DNA of 64,000 nucleotides from the human T2T-CHM13v2.0 reference genome, Homo sapiens: NCBI RefSeq assembly GCF_009914755.1, contig NC_060943.1; one strand, 5' to 3'. A program made the translations under genes and the position numbers. A model generated the notes under the pieces. It did no database searches and was not told the DNA's origin. It saw only the letters and a program-made list of their open reading frames with translations. Positions 28,719 through 44,500 of the stretch are shown here, piece by piece (positions within the stretch are counted from its first letter, which is position 1; the number at the start of each line of letters is the position of its first letter).

Positions 28719-30969
28719 CTATAGTCTGTAAGTGGCCATCTAGGCAGGCAGGGAAGTGTAACCTCTGGTAAAAGTTGAAAGTCAGGTATTTTGAGGGAGG
28801 AGGGCTTGGAGCAGGAGTTCTATGTTGGATGGGTTGGCTAAATATACATATTTAACACATTATAGGCAGAGTTTTGGGTATTTATGAAAGGGTGTCATGC
28901 ATACGTGTGATGGATAAATACCTAAGTTATATGCAACTCATGTTTATTTTGGGGTGGAGACTTAATATTTAAATGTATTATAATTAAGCCATCTCTGTCA
29001 AGAGATGAAGCAGGGACTCAGAGGTATTTGAGTGTGTAGTCTCCTACACACTTGGAGGAGCTAATGAGATTAGTAAACACCAAATGAGGTGCTCAGTAAG
29101 TGTTAAATATTGGAGGAAAGCATGAAAGAGACCGACAAAAATGCAGGTGGGATGAATGGAGGACGGATCTCCTGGGCCTCCTTCCTAGACTCTCCCCGCC
29201 TCAACCTGGCCCCACTGCTCTGTTCTGACTCCCTTCTCGCTCTCTCTGTTCAGGGACCCCTGACTGAATCCTGGACAGACGGCAGCCCCCCGAAGCATCC
29301 TCCCCCCAGCCATGGCTGCCTCCTCCTTAGGAGAAGGAGAGCTCCAGCATGCAACCCTCAGCTTCCATAAGGTCAGGCCTCAGAACGCGCAGGGACAGGA
29401 GGCCATGGACAGTGAATACTTGGAGATCAAGATCCACAAGCGAGAAACTGCAGAGACTCGGGCCTGATTGGGGGATCACGGTCCCTCCAGGCAAAGGAGA
29501 AGTCAGAAGCTGATTCTTCTAAAATTAACAGCCCTCTAGAGCCCTATGCTGTGCGGTAGGTCACCAGGGCTCCCTCCTCCTGCGGAATCGAAACTTGGAC
29601 CAACATCTCCCCTTTCCCAGGCCACCTCGGCCCCGTCCCTGCCCCCAGCTTCTGCTACCCACCACTCTCCTCTCTATGTTTCTGAGGTTGACTATTTGAG
29701 ATTCCACATGTAGGTGAGGTCATACAACATTTGCCTCTCTGTGCCCGGCTCATTTCAAACAACATAACGTCCCCTAGGTTCATCCGTGTTGTCTCAAATC
29801 ACAGAATCATGCACTGAGTATTTTCAAAGAGCTAAGAGAGGATTTTAAATGTTTTCACACAAAAGATCGATATTTGTGCGGATGGGTGTGCTGATCATGC
29901 TGACTTGATGGTTCCATGGTGTATCCGGGTGTGGAAACCTCACTAGGGCCGTCTCAAGGCTACTCGGCTACTCGAGGCAGGGATGGAATTTAAAGCCCGC
30001 CTGATTCTGAGGTCTCTTCTCTCATCCGGTGCTGAGTCAAGCAACCAGCAGGCCGGGCACCTCTTAGCCATAAGTTTGCAGGAAACAATATTCCTCGAGG
30101 GCTTTGTTTTTTCCTGAAGAGGGGGCAGCAGTAGCCCAGGGTCTCCCGGACGTGACAGGTGCATTGAGTGGGTGAAGGCTGGGGACCTCTGCGCCAAAGG
30201 GATGTCATGTCTTTATTTGTTTTCCTCAAAATTTTTAACATGTGTTTTTTAAAATTGCAGGTTGTTTATTTGCTTGTTTTTCCTTGAAATTTGAAACTAG
30301 CATTAGCTTTTCAGTTGAGGCAAATTTACCTACCATGAAAGACGCAGATCTCACATGTGCGGTTCCATGAGCTCCGCCAAATGGGCACCCCTGAGTCACC
30401 GGCTCCCCAAAGACAGAGAAACTTTCCATCACTCCAGAAAGATCCTGGGGCCCTGCCCAGTCAGTCCTCAGCCCTGAGAGCCACCGCTTCCTGGTTTCTG
30501 CGACCATAAGTTACTTTCCATGTCCTTGAACTTCATGTGATTGGCATCACCCAGTATGTATTCCTGTGTCTTTTTTTACTCAGCGTTGCGTGTTCTGAGA
30601 TTCATCCACGTCGTGTGTGTCAGCATCTGTTCCTCTTTATTGCTGAGTAGGACACCACTGAATGGGTACATCACAGTTTGTTTACCCATTTTTTTTTCTG
30701 TTCATGGATATTTAGTCTGTTTTGGTTTTGGTGATTATGAATATAGCTGCTGTGAACATATTTGCGCAAGACTGTATCGAGGTATTTTCATTTCTCTCCA
30801 GTGTTTGGGGCAGGGGATGGGAACAGTGGGGTTGGATTCCCATGCTTGGCGTGCGAGGGCATTTGGGATGTCCTGTGGAGATGGCATTCAGCAGCTCAGG
30901 AAGGAGGGAGGGGCTGGAGATGGACACGGGAAACATCAGGGGGTTCCATCATCCTGATCATGGGCGCCG

Positions 30970-31395
30970 GTTGTTTTGGGTTGAATCTTGTCCCCCAAAG
31001 AGATATGTTCAAGTCCTAACCCCCAGTATCTATGTCTGTGGCTTTATTTGGAAATAGTCTTTGCAGATGTAGCCAAGTTAATAGGAGGTCATACTGGATG
31101 AGGTGGGCCCTAAGTGCCATGACTGGTGTCCCAATGCAATGAGGGAAATTGAACACAAGACACACATAGGGAGGAAGGCCACATGACAGCGGAAGCAGAG
31201 CTTGGGGTTTTGCTGCCACAGTCCCCAGAAGCTGGAAGACGCCAGGAAGAATCCTCCCAGTGCCTTCCGAGGGAGATGGCCCCGCTGACACTGTGATTTT
31301 GGACATTTGGCCTTCATAATGTCGAAGAATAAATTTCTGTGGCTTTAAGTCACCAAGGTTGTGGGAATTTGATAGGGAAGCCCTAAGAAGCCAAC
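30970..31395 (+). mobile_element. MaLR LTR (MLT1-like)
   Basis: gggttgaatcttgtcccccaaagagatatgttcaagtcctaacccccagta...gaataaatttctgtggctttaagtcacc. Confidence 0.75.
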
Positions 31396-31800
31396 ACACC
31401 TGACACCAACACACCTGCTGGCACCTGCTGTGCTGCAACCTGGACCCATCCTATCTCCGCAGGCCTCAAAGTGACTCTCAAGAGGGCCGGCTCTACCCAG
31501 GCCACAGAGAAGCCCGGGGGAGCTGCTCAGCACCATGCAGGCCAGCAAGCGGAAGGTCTTCCGCCACCAGCATTGAGCTGCCCGAGGTATTAATATCAGG
31601 CCACCGAGACGCTGCTCTTCTCTCATGCAGGTGCTATGTTTACAGTGCTAATTTTGCTGGAACAACAACAAAAAAATCAGTTCCAAGGCCCTCACACACT
31701 CAAGATTTTTGAAACAAAATTAAAACAGGAGAGCAACAAAGGACCACACAGGAACGGCTGTTCACTGGATCAAGATGTTCTGCAATATGCAGTGTATTCA

Positions 31801-32487
<687 letters not shown>

Positions 32488-32746
32488 TTAAAAATCCTAA
32501 TTCTGCAGGAAAGTTAATGACGTTTGGCTTCAATACGTGGCCATGCACCTTTCCTTAGCTGTACAGGTGAGAACTGGAAAATCTGCAATCTGTGACTGTA
32601 CATATATCACACTCTGCCTGCTGTAAGCAATTGGTTTGTGTAGGTTCCATTTGCCCTGTTGGTCCCAGGTGAGCTGTTCATTCCCTTCAGACCCCAAGTA
32701 AATAAGTGAAAGTCTGTTAGCAAGTTCCAGCCTGATGAGAGGGGCC

Positions 32747-34222
32747 TCACACTGAGAACCCCAGGCTTCCTTTCCAGGGCATTATCGGCAGTTGCCTATA
32801 TCAGTAGCTGAAGAAGAGATTCATCCAAAGGAATAAGGGGACCCCGAAAAACAGACTTCACCCTTTCCCAATTGCAGCCTCTGCTCCCACCTGGGCTTCT
32901 CACTTTTCCATCTCTGGATCTCTGTCTTGTCTGTTGCCTATCGAGTGGATTCAATGGCCAAACAACTGCAGTGAAAGTGAAAACAGACAACCCTCAAGGT
33001 ACAGGAAGATCAGCAGGATGACAATTATTGCAGGTAAGGATTCACTGCATTCAGTCCACTGTCCTCGGACACAGGAGATAAACTGAAATCCACAGAGAAT
33101 CAGACCGTGGGCTGAAGACGGAACTGTCTACATAGGAAAGAGCACAGAAAACTCAGATTCTTACCTCCTGCACAACTGCTCACCCACAGGCTCTGGTGAC
33201 CCGTTTTGCAAACACATCTTTTGCAAGTACAGAAGTGGTGGGCACGCTCTGGCTTTGTAGCTGGTGGGCCAGTTCAGGTTCTTGACTTCACTAGGCAAAA
33301 GAATTCGAGAGTGAGTCCAGTGTAAAAGTAAGCAAGACAGTTAATTGCAAAGTGAACGTGCACTCTGACAGCTGGTCAGAGCGGCTGCTCAAAGGTGAGA
33401 CAGCACTGACTGACGCTGGGGAAACTTCCTTTAGGGGAATCTTCTGTGATTACTCATGCGTGGGTGGGACGGTGTTGCTCTTAAGCGTGTTCTGGGTGGT
33501 CTGTTAGGCCCGCATGCGCAATGGCTGTACATGCTAGTGCATATACATCGCTGTCTCAGCAGCACCTTAAGTCTCCACGTGAGGGTGTGTTTTCACTATT
33601 ATAATGAGCATAGGTCAGCCCAAGGACACTAACTAAGCATGGGTTTCTGCACTTGCACGAATTTGGGGACTTTCCCTTCTGCCCTTCTACCCCCTTGCTG
33701 CAAGACGTTCTGACCATGAGCCCAGGATGTTCTCTCCATCTATTTAGCAAGTTTGTTTCCCTTTAAGAGAGGCTGTGACCCGCCTGTCTAACCTATCTCC
33801 TTTTGGTACAGCAGCACTTGGAGCAGGTGTAGATCACTTCTCGGGGCTGCAGCTGCACACTCTCCGTGTATTCTTTTGTAGCCTTTCCTTTGGGTATCGC
33901 CCTGGGGTCGGTGAGCGTGGTTCCCAGCTAGGACAACAGGCAAACGCCGCCAAGAGGTTAAGATGACCCCATTGACCACAGAGCACCAGAAGTCTTTGGA
34001 AGGCAGCAGCACAACAAACGTCACCACAAAGTCCTCACAGAAGACCAGAAGCCACGTCATGACAGCGCGGATCATGCCACAGCCGTTGCAATGACCCAGA
34101 CCCCATTTGCCACATCAGCCTCAGAGAAAGAGGAGGATGACGAAGAGTCGTTATTGTCATTTTCAGTCAGGAGAGGAGGATGCTCGGCAGGCACCCAGAG
34201 ACACCTGACCCTGGCCGTGCAA
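32747..34222 (-). pseudogene. Processed pseudogene of the palmitoyltransferase ZDHHC7, interrupted by an LTR
   Basis: Minus-strand translation gives [82 protein letters not shown] and FSV*, collinear with ZDHHC7 as recalled. No introns; stops and frameshifts; DHHC decayed to GHQS. UTR homology may extend further on both sides. Confidence 0.85.
33256..33799 (-). mobile_element. ERV1-class solo LTR (MER61/LTR9-like, family uncertain) inserted in the ZDHHC7 retrocopy
   Basis: ~540 bp non-homologous block between the ...KCCC.K and KPERAHH coding parts; TG start; ctt repeated at both junctions. Confidence 0.6.
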
Positions 34223-35569
34223 GAATTCTGAGGAGTGTGTATCAGGATCTAGCGCATAATGCTTGGGTACTTTAGCACCAAATGTGTAAGATACACTCAG
34301 AAATGATTTCTAAACATCACTTGAACACTTTGTGCCTTTTCTTCAGGATCTAAGGTGCATGCTGTCCTGTGTGATAGGATCTGAGGCCCAGGCGGGGTCG
34401 GCCGGCGCTGCAGCTCCTCCCTGCCTCCTGCAGTTGCCAAGGCTGGGATGCATCATGCAGCTGCACTCACGTCTGGGCCAGAGTGGGCCCGGGGCTCAAC
34501 TCTGTCCCCTCCATGCCACTGGCCAGTTAGAGGGAGATGGCCACCAAGCAGACGCTGGAGCCCAGAGCGGCATGGCCCCCGGAAGTGTCACCCAATTTTT
34601 AAATTACTGGTCCTGTTTTAAGACCAGCTGCTTTCCCCCTCAACAGGGTACTCTTCCCTTGTACCATTAAATATTCCTCAGCAAGTCCAATTTCAATGGC
34701 TGCAGGGCATGCTGGTAAAATCCCAAACCCAAGTTCGTATAACCAGTGTCCTTGTTGGAGTTTTACATTATTCCTAAATTCACTATTAGGAGTATAAACT
34801 AAAGTTCTCTGAAAAGGATTTTGGAGGAAAGAGACTTTATTCCAGTGAACAGTTTGCAAACCAGAGAGACTCCAGTGTAAAATGAAGGGTGCGCTCCATA
34901 AAGCCAAGGGAAGTGTCAGGTTTAGCGTCCTGCCCAGGCTCCCAATCAGGTCTGTTTATGCAAATGAAGGATTGAAACTTTCTGAGTTCTCATTGGTGGA
35001 CACAGCTGAGCTCTGATTGGTTGGCTCAGGTGATCTCTGAAAGTCCGGAAGATGAAAATGCTGTGGGTTTTCAGGGAAGTCAGAGTACGTGGGTGACCTG
35101 TACTTGGCTCTATTTTAAACTCAGGCTCAGTTAGCCACTCAGGATCCGTCTTGAAGGAGTGGCTCATTCAGGTTCACATTTGTTCACAGGAATAACACTG
35201 AGGGTTAGGATATTTGTAGTTTTTTATCCCTCACCCCCTTCCTCATTCTGAGTCTCCAATAATGTCCATTACACCACCCTGTTGCCTTTGCACACCCATA
35301 GCTGAGCTCCCACTTATAAGTCAGAACATGCAGTATTTGCTTTTTAATTCCTGAATTACTTCTACACAGGGGTGGACTTGTGTAGACAGGAGCCCACGGA
35401 GGGGGAGTCGAGGTGTGCACAGATTCGATGATGTGTTTCGTACTGAGAAATAACAGAGAGAGAGAAAGAGAGACAGAGAAGGGGAAAGGCAGCAAGAGCC
35501 ACTCAGAAATGTTCAATTCACAGGGTATCTCAAGCAGTACTTGGAAATATATTTGCCTTTTGCTTTTAT

Positions 35570-35830
35570 AAGAACACATACTATTTTATTTTGTTTTACT
35601 TTAAGTTCTGGAATACATGTGCTAAACGTGCAGGTTTGTTACATAGGTATACATGTGCCATGGTGCACCTATCAACCTGTCATTTAGGTTTTAAGCCCCG
35701 CATGCATTACATATTTGTCCTAATGCCCTCCCTCCCCTGTCCCCCATCCCCCTACAGGCCCCAGTGTGTGATGTTCCCCACCCTGTGTCCATGTGTTCTC
35801 ATTGTTCAACTCCTACATATGAGTGAGAAC
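35570..35830 (-). mobile_element. L1PA 3'-end fragment
   Basis: ttactttaagttctggaatacatgtg...gtgcaggtttgttacataggtatacatgtgccatggtg. Confidence 0.85.
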
Positions 35831-35911
35831 AACACACACTATTTTATAATTGCAGAAGGGATACATTTGCTACAGAAAATTTGAAAAATCTTTAAAAAAA
35901 AATTATAAATA

Positions 35912-36723
<812 letters not shown>

Positions 36724-36814
36724 TTACATGAAAACATCTTGCATGGCTCTTATTTTGGATGCATTCCTGAAATTTCTTGTGTGCACATACTAGACGTCAA
36801 AAAAGGCTTCATAA

Positions 36815-37121
<307 letters not shown>

Positions 37122-37484
37122 CTTAATCGTATTTTTTAATGCCCAATGTGCTGCTTGATGTTGTGATGTATACTCTGGGTTGTAGAGGAGAGAAGAGTTT
37201 CCCTGTACTCCCTGAGGGTTCGATAACTGACTCTAGGAAATAAACGGACAACAGGCAGATCAACAGGAGAAAAAGAATCAAGGGTCGTGGGGTCCTGGGC
37301 CTGGGGATTTCTGCAGCTTTCTGCGGAGGGATGAGCTCTGACTGTGTGAGGGTCTGAGGTTCCTCTTCCACGCAGGGCTGAGTCTCCTGCTCCTCCCCAG
37401 CCTCTGGGGGTCCTGCAGCCCTTCCCCTCCACTCCATTCCCCTTCTCTGCTCACACAGGGATCCCGGGAAGTCCCGCCTCAGCG

Positions 37485-40075
37485 ATGCTGCTGCTGCCCC
37501 TGCTGTGGGCAGTGGGGAGAGGGGCCGGGGGAGCTGGACTTCACTGACCTTCATTCTCCACAGGGGACATGGTTCAGGAGGCAATATTCTGGCTGGAAGT
37601 GCCTGAGCCCATGCGTCTTTGTGCCCTGCTCCATCTTCTCCTCAAAAAACAGCTGCAATGATTCTACCGCAGCTGTGGTTACTGGTTCTGAGATGGGGCC
37701 CGTATATACCAGCACACTCCAGTGTCCACAAACAACCCAGATCACAACATTCAGGGGGAGACCCAGGGCCGATTCCACCTCAGTGGAGACCCCCGGACCA
37801 ACACCTGCTCCCTGGACATCACAGAAGCACAGAGGCGGGGATGCAGGGACGCACTTGTACAGGGTGGAGAGAGGGCTTATGCAAGATATAATTACAGTGG
37901 GAACCAGCTCTCTGTGCACGTGGGGAATCAGGGCAAGAAAGAACACACTGGTATGTACTGAGGGCCCCCTGGGGCAAGGCTGGGCTGGTACCCCAGCTTC
38001 TCACCCTGAAAGGGACCCAGGGAGATGGGGCGCTGGGGAGGGTTTGGGGGAGTCCAGCTGCCTCAGGGAGAGGCTGCTCTTAGGTCCACACTTAGGGGTC
38101 CCCACCTGCAGGGCCTGGGTCTCTGTCTCTGTCATCTCCAGCCCTGATACAGACACTACATCCACATCCAGGGGACCCTAGAATCTGGACATTCCAGGAA
38201 CATAACCTGTAAGAGGAAGACCTCCCCCCGCCCACTTTCTCTTGGATCAATGTGGTCCCCACCTCCCTGGGAAAGAATCCTCACTCCTTGGTGCTCACCT
38301 TACCCCAGGGTTGCACAGCTTCACCTGAGCCCTTCCCCAGAGCTGGTGCAACCACGGAGAGAGCCATCCCAATCAATCTGTCCTGAAAGCACCTGGCCAG
38401 GCCCCTGGGTCCTGGAGTTCACTGGGTTTTGGGAGAAGGGGGCGGAGAATCTGAGTTACTGGGGGACTCTTCTTGGGGACCTCTTCTTGGGGACCTCTTC
38501 TTGGGGGCCTGGCTGGGGTCAAAGTGGAGGGAACACTCAGACACCACCCCGTTGCTCAGGACTGCCCGTCACATGGCAGGTGGTCAGTTACTGATTTCTA
38601 CTCCAGATGCTCCACGGAACCTCAGCATTTGCATCTCAGGGACGGCAGCACAGGTGGGAGATGCCCTCAGCTCTCTGAAGGGGGTGGGTCTCTGCCAGCC
38701 CTGGGCAGAATTGAGGTCTCAGGGGTCCAATAAGGGGAAGGTCATCGAGTGTGACCGACGCTGCCCCTCACTTTCAGCCCATCCAGTCTCGCTTCTGCCC
38801 CCTCCCCAGGCAGAGCTCTCCATGGTCACTGTGACTTCCTAGCTGACAACCCACTGTCACCACCGGCGTTTCCTCTCCCCCATCCTTCCCTCTCCCCTCA
38901 CTCTCCCATGACAGCCTCCTCCCGGTTCCCTGCCACTTCTCTGGCCATGCCATCCCCGTCTCCCACAGGAACCTTATATCCAGCAGTTCCCACAGTGGGG
39001 TCTTGGCCTCCAGCCGCTCTCTGCATGACTCCTCCAGGAAGCTCCTCCACCCTAGTGGTCCCAGTCCTACCTCTGCCCTGAAGACCCCCATAAATCTCTG
39101 TCTGGTTCAGCTGGTGCTGAGCACATCCCACTCCCCCTTGGGAGGCCCCTCCCACCTGAGAAGCCAGAGTCAATGTCCTGGGAGTCTCTTTGCACATCCC
39201 TGTATTTCCCCAGTACTTCCCATGAGTTGGTGAGTTTTGCAAACTTGACTTCCGGAAACTGTCTCAACTCACTCCTTTCCTCCATCCCCACCTCTGGCCT
39301 CGCTCACCTGGACCCGGGTGATGCCTGGACCTGCAGCAGCCTCCCTCCTGGCCTAGCAGCTTCTGGTCTTGCTCCCTCCAGCCGACCACAATTCAGATCC
39401 CAAAAAGGGGTCTCTCTCTAACCAGATCTTTCCCTGTCCCTTCCCTACTCAGCTCCTCCCCTGGCTCCTGTGGCTCCTGGAGAAAGCCCAAGTGTGTCAC
39501 CTGTCTTGGTTCCTCCAAGTGGCCAGAACCACGAGGGTTAGCGCCCTCCACAGTTTTGCACATCAAGGCCGGTCGTCCTGGGACGTTCTCTCCATGTCCC
39601 GATACGGCCAAGTCCTCCGCATGTTTCCATGCCCCTGTCCCGGGACCATTAAGGAGCCTCCCGACCCCTGCATGCTGGGGGTCTTCGCCCCTACTTGCCC
39701 TTGCTTGTGATGCTTGTCTCAGAAACGCAGTTTCCTCTCCTGAGTCTAGAGGGAAGACACAGGGAGAGAAGGGCCTCTCAGCCCTGCCCCTCTGGCTCTC
39801 TCGGTCTCCCTCGTCCCTCAGGTCCTAGGCAATGCCCACTCCTGGTAGGGGCAGGAGGGCAGTCCCTACACCTGGTCTGTGATGCTGATGGCAGCCCCCC
39901 TGCCAGGCTGTGCTGGTCCCAGGGCAGCCTGACCATGATCCCCTCCCAGCTCTTGCATCCCCAGGTCCTGGAGCTGCCCCAGGTGGTTTCAGGAGACGAA
40001 GGAGAATTCACCTGCCGGGCATAGGCCCTGCTGGGCTCCCACCCCATCTCCCTGAGCCTGGCTGTGCATGGGGAG
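37485..40075 (+). pseudogene. SIGLEC21P: Highly degraded Siglec pseudogene. Remnants: leader 37485-~37512; V ~37564-37924; C2 ~38142-38385; linker 38607-38653; second C2 ~39822-40075; no TM exon recognised
   Basis: atgctgctgctgcccctgctgtgggcag leader; [32 protein letters not shown]; GQSLHLVCDADGSPPARLCWSQGSL...DEGEFTCRA; many indels. Symbol from recalled gene order only. Confidence 0.7.
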
Positions 40076-41269
40076 TGTTAGCAGAACACCTGATTCTAGG
40101 GGTCCATAGGCAGGGGAAGTGTGGACTCAGGAAACTCCCACCTCAGTCACCCTCCAGCTTTTCTTATGCCTGGTACCACCTGTTACTCACCCCAAATCTC
40201 TGGAGACCAGTGAGGCTCCTGACCTCTGACCCTCACACTGCTAAAGGAGGCCCTAAGTGGGGGCAGGGGAGTGGGTAGCGGGGGATGGCTTTCTTTTAAC
40301 TCACAGCCTCACCTGGATCTACTGCACCAGGGAAGCAACTCTTCTCAAGGTGTCCTGGAATTTGAGCCCCCAAATTTGGCTGACTTCACCCATCTTCTCC
40401 CCAAAGGAACCCCCCATAGTGCTGGTCTCTCCTCTCAGAATGGTGTTTACCCCACTGGCTCAGAGGATCCCAAGGGGCAGTGCTACTCTGGGTGACTGAG
40501 CGACTGAACTTCCTCCTCACAGCAGGGCTGAGGTCTGGGCTCCAGAGCCCGACAGGGGTGAGGGTCCTTTAGACCACGTGTTCTGAGACTCATCCTGCAC
40601 AGGGCTGGAGCAAAGAGCTCCTGGGTGCTCCGGCCCCACCTCCCATGCAGAATAACCTCTCTCCACCCCTCACCTCTGTTCCCCATGACTCTTCCTTATG
40701 GCTCTACAGGAGCGGTTGTCAGGACAGGTGAGGAAATAGATGGATATGCTTTACCAGAATTTCAATTATTTTCCCTGTAATACCTTGTTTCTGTCGCTTA
40801 CTTTAATGTGGGTTTCATGAGCTCCAAATTCATTCCCATAACGTATTTTTACAAATCCCATAATATGTTTATTTTACACAGTCAATTTTTAAAGAGACTT
40901 TTTATTAGAAAAATAAACTATTTTATGTTTATCCACATGTTTACCACTTCAATTGCTCTTCATTACTTTGTATACAACCGAGTTTCTCTATGGCATTATT
41001 TTCCTTTGGCCGGAAGATCTCGTGTATTTCTTACAGTATAGGTGTGCTGGCAGTGAATTCCCTTGACTGTGGTTTGTCTGGAAACATTTCATATACATTC
41101 ACTTAAAAATACTTTTATTGAAATTTATATGGAATTCTAGGTTAACATTTTTCTTTCCAGTAACTCAAATGGTTTTGGCTTGTGTAATTTCCTATGAGAA
41201 TTCTGCTGTAATTTTTATCATTGCTTGTTTGTTTGTAGTTTGTGGTTTTCTCTGACTGCTTTTATTATT

Positions 41270-41570
41270 TTATTTTATTTTATCTTATTTTATTTATTTA
41301 TTTATTTATTTGAGATGGAATCTCGCTCTGTCACCCAAGCTGGAGTGCAGTGGCGCAATCTTGGCTCACTGCAACCTCTGCCTCCTGGTTTCAAGTGATT
41401 CTCCTGCCTCAACCTCCTGAGTAGCTGAGATTATGGGTGCATGCCACCATGACTGGCTAATTTGTGTATTTCTAGTAGAAACGGGGTTTCATCATGTTGG
41501 CCAGGGTGGACTCGAACTCCTGACCTTAAGTGATCCGCCCACCTTGACCTCCCAGAGTGCTGAGATTACA
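41270..41570 (-). mobile_element. Alu
   Basis: (TTTA)n tail plus Alu body. Confidence 0.88.
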
Positions 41571-41574
41571 TTTT

Positions 41575-44500
41575 TTTAAATTAATGCTAATCCTTCTCAA
41601 ACTTTTCTGAAAAATAGAAGAGGAGAAAATATGCCCTAACCCATTCTATGAACACAGTATTACCTGATAATACCAAAGACATCACAGGAAAATGCAACTA
41701 CAGCCCGATATCACTTATGAATATAGATGCAAAAAGTCCTCGAGAAAATGCCAGCAAACTGAATCCAGCAGTGTATAAAAGACTCTACAGAATACTGAGT
41801 GGGATTTATCCCAGGAATACAAAGGTGGTGTACATACGAAAACCTATTGATGTAATACAGTACATTAATAGAATGAAGAAAACAACATGGAATCATTTTC
41901 AATTGATGCAGGAAAAATATTTGGCAAAATCCAACACTCTTCCATGTTAAAACGATTAGCACACAAGGAATAGAAAAGAACTTCCTCAATGTGATAAAAG
42001 GCATTTGTGAAAAACCCAAAGGTAACATTATATTCAATGGCGAAAGACTGAAACTCTTTCCCTCTAAGATCAGGAAAGAGACAAAAAATGCCTACTTTAA
42101 CCAGTTTTATTCGACATCGTACTGGAGGTTCTAGTTAGGGCAATTACACAGGAAAAAAAAAAGAGAAATAACTGGTATACAAGTTGGAAAGGATGAGTAT
42201 TTCTTATATATAGAACATTGTAAGTATCCCACTAAACTCTCTTAAAGCTAATAAGCAAATTACCATATATGCCAGATACAAGATTATAACACAAAATACA
42301 GTTGTATTTCTATACGCTAGCAATTAACAATCTGAAAAGAATTAAGAACACCACCCCCATTTATAATACCATCAAAAGGAATAAAATATTTAGGAATACA
42401 TTTACCCAAGGAGGTGTAAGTCTTGTGTACTGAAAAATAAAAAATATTGCTGAAAGAAAATAAAGAAGACCTGAATCAACTGAAAAACACCCTGTGTTCA
42501 TGGATTGGTAGAATTAATATTAAGATGGTAATATTCCTCAAATCAAGATTCAGTGCAATCCCTATCAAAACCCTAATGGATGTTTTTACTGACATGAAAA
42601 AAAAACTATCCTTAAAATTCATATGGAATCACAAGAGACTTCAAATAGCCAAAATGATTTTGAAAGTGAAAACATTGTAGGACTCACATTTCCTGATTTT
42701 ACAACTTACCACAAAGTCACAGGAATTAAACTGGGTAGGCACTTGGTTTCTCAAGCCGCCTGCTTGGCCCTCTTCCAAGTGTACTTTCCTTCCTTCCTTT
42801 CTTTCCTTTCCTTGCTTTCCTTACTCTTCTAAAGCTTTTAAATAAACTTTCGCTGCCATAAAATAAAATAAAAAACTAGGTGGTACCGATACTGATCAAT
42901 GGAATAGAATTGAGAGCCAGATATAAAGTGATAAATTTATGGTCCACTGATAATTCAGTAAGGATACCAAGACCATTTAATGAAAAACGATAATGTCTTT
43001 AACAAATGGTTCTGGGGCAACTGGAGAGCCACGTGAATAAAAATGAAGTTGGACTCCTTCCACATAAAGTATGCAGTATAGGCCGAGCGCAGTGGCTCAT
43101 ACCTGTAATCCCAACACTTTGGGAGGCTGCGGCGGGTGGATCACTTGAGCTCAGGAATTTGTGACCAGGATGGGCAACACAGCAAAACCCTACCTCTAAA
43201 AAAATCACAAAAAATTAGCCAGGCATGGTGGCATGCACCAGTAGTCTCAGCTACTCAAGAGGCTGAGGTGGGAGGATCACTTGGGCCCAGGAGGTCAAGG
43301 CTGCAGTGAGCTGTGTTCATTCCACTGCACTCCAGCCTGGGTGACAAAGTGAGATCCTGTCCCCACCAGAAAAAGAAAAAAAGAAAATACACAGTATAGT
43401 AATTAACTCAAAAAGGACCAAAGACTGAGGTGTAAGAACTAAAATTATGAAACTCTTAGGAGAAAACATACAAGTATATCTTCATGGCCTTAGATTTGGA
43501 AGGTGTTTCTTAGATATGTCACCAAAAACACAAGCAACATGAGAAGAAATAGATGAATTGGACTTAAAATTTAAAATTCTTATGCATCGAAGGATATTAT
43601 CAAGAAAGTAAAAAGAATGGGACCAAATATTTGCAAATAATATATCTAATGAGCCTAGTATCCCCAAAGAAGATTCGCTACTCAACCACAAAGAGACAAA
43701 AATCCCAACTTTAAAATGGACAAAGGTCATGAATAGACATTTATCCAAAGAAGGTATAGAAACGACCAACAAACACACAAAAAGATGCTCAACATTATTG
43801 TCACTATGGCAATGGAAAGCAAAACTCTACAACGATTAAGATGGCTGTAATTAGTAAAACGGAACATAACACGTGTCGGTGAGGATGTGGAGAAATTGGA
43901 ATTCTCATACACTGTATTTGGGAATGTAAAAGGATTCAGCCGCTGTGGAAAAGAGTCTGCAAGTTCCTCAATAGGTTAAACATAGAGTTATTGATATGGT
44001 TTATCTATGTCCCTGTCCAAACTCATGTTAAATTGTAATCCCCAATGTTGGAGGTGGGGCCTGGTGGGAGGTGATTGGATCGTGGAGGTGGAATTTTCAT
44101 AGTTCAGCACCATCTCCTTGGTGCTGTTAAGACAGTGAGTAAGTTCTCATGAGATCTGGTTGTTTAAAAGTGTGTAGCACCTCCTTCCTCACTCTCTTTC
44201 TCATGCTCCCGCCATGTGAGACTCCTCCCTCGTGCTTCACTTTATGCCATGATTGGAAACTTCCTGAGGCCTCCCCGGAAGCAGAAGTCGCCATGCTTCC
44301 CTTACAGCCTGCAGAACTGTGAGCCAATTAAACCTATTTTCCTCACAAATTACCTAGTCTCAGGTATTTCTTTATAGCAATGCAAGAACAGACTAATACA
44401 GTTATCATATTGACTAGCAATTTCACTCCTTGGGATATACCCAAAGGAATTGGAAACAGATATTCAAATGAAAATCTGTACATAAATTTTCATGGCAGCA

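Noticed and set aside
38462-38506. Three copies of a 13-14-bp ggggacctcttctt unit
   Set aside because: Trivial slippage duplication in a dead pseudogene intron
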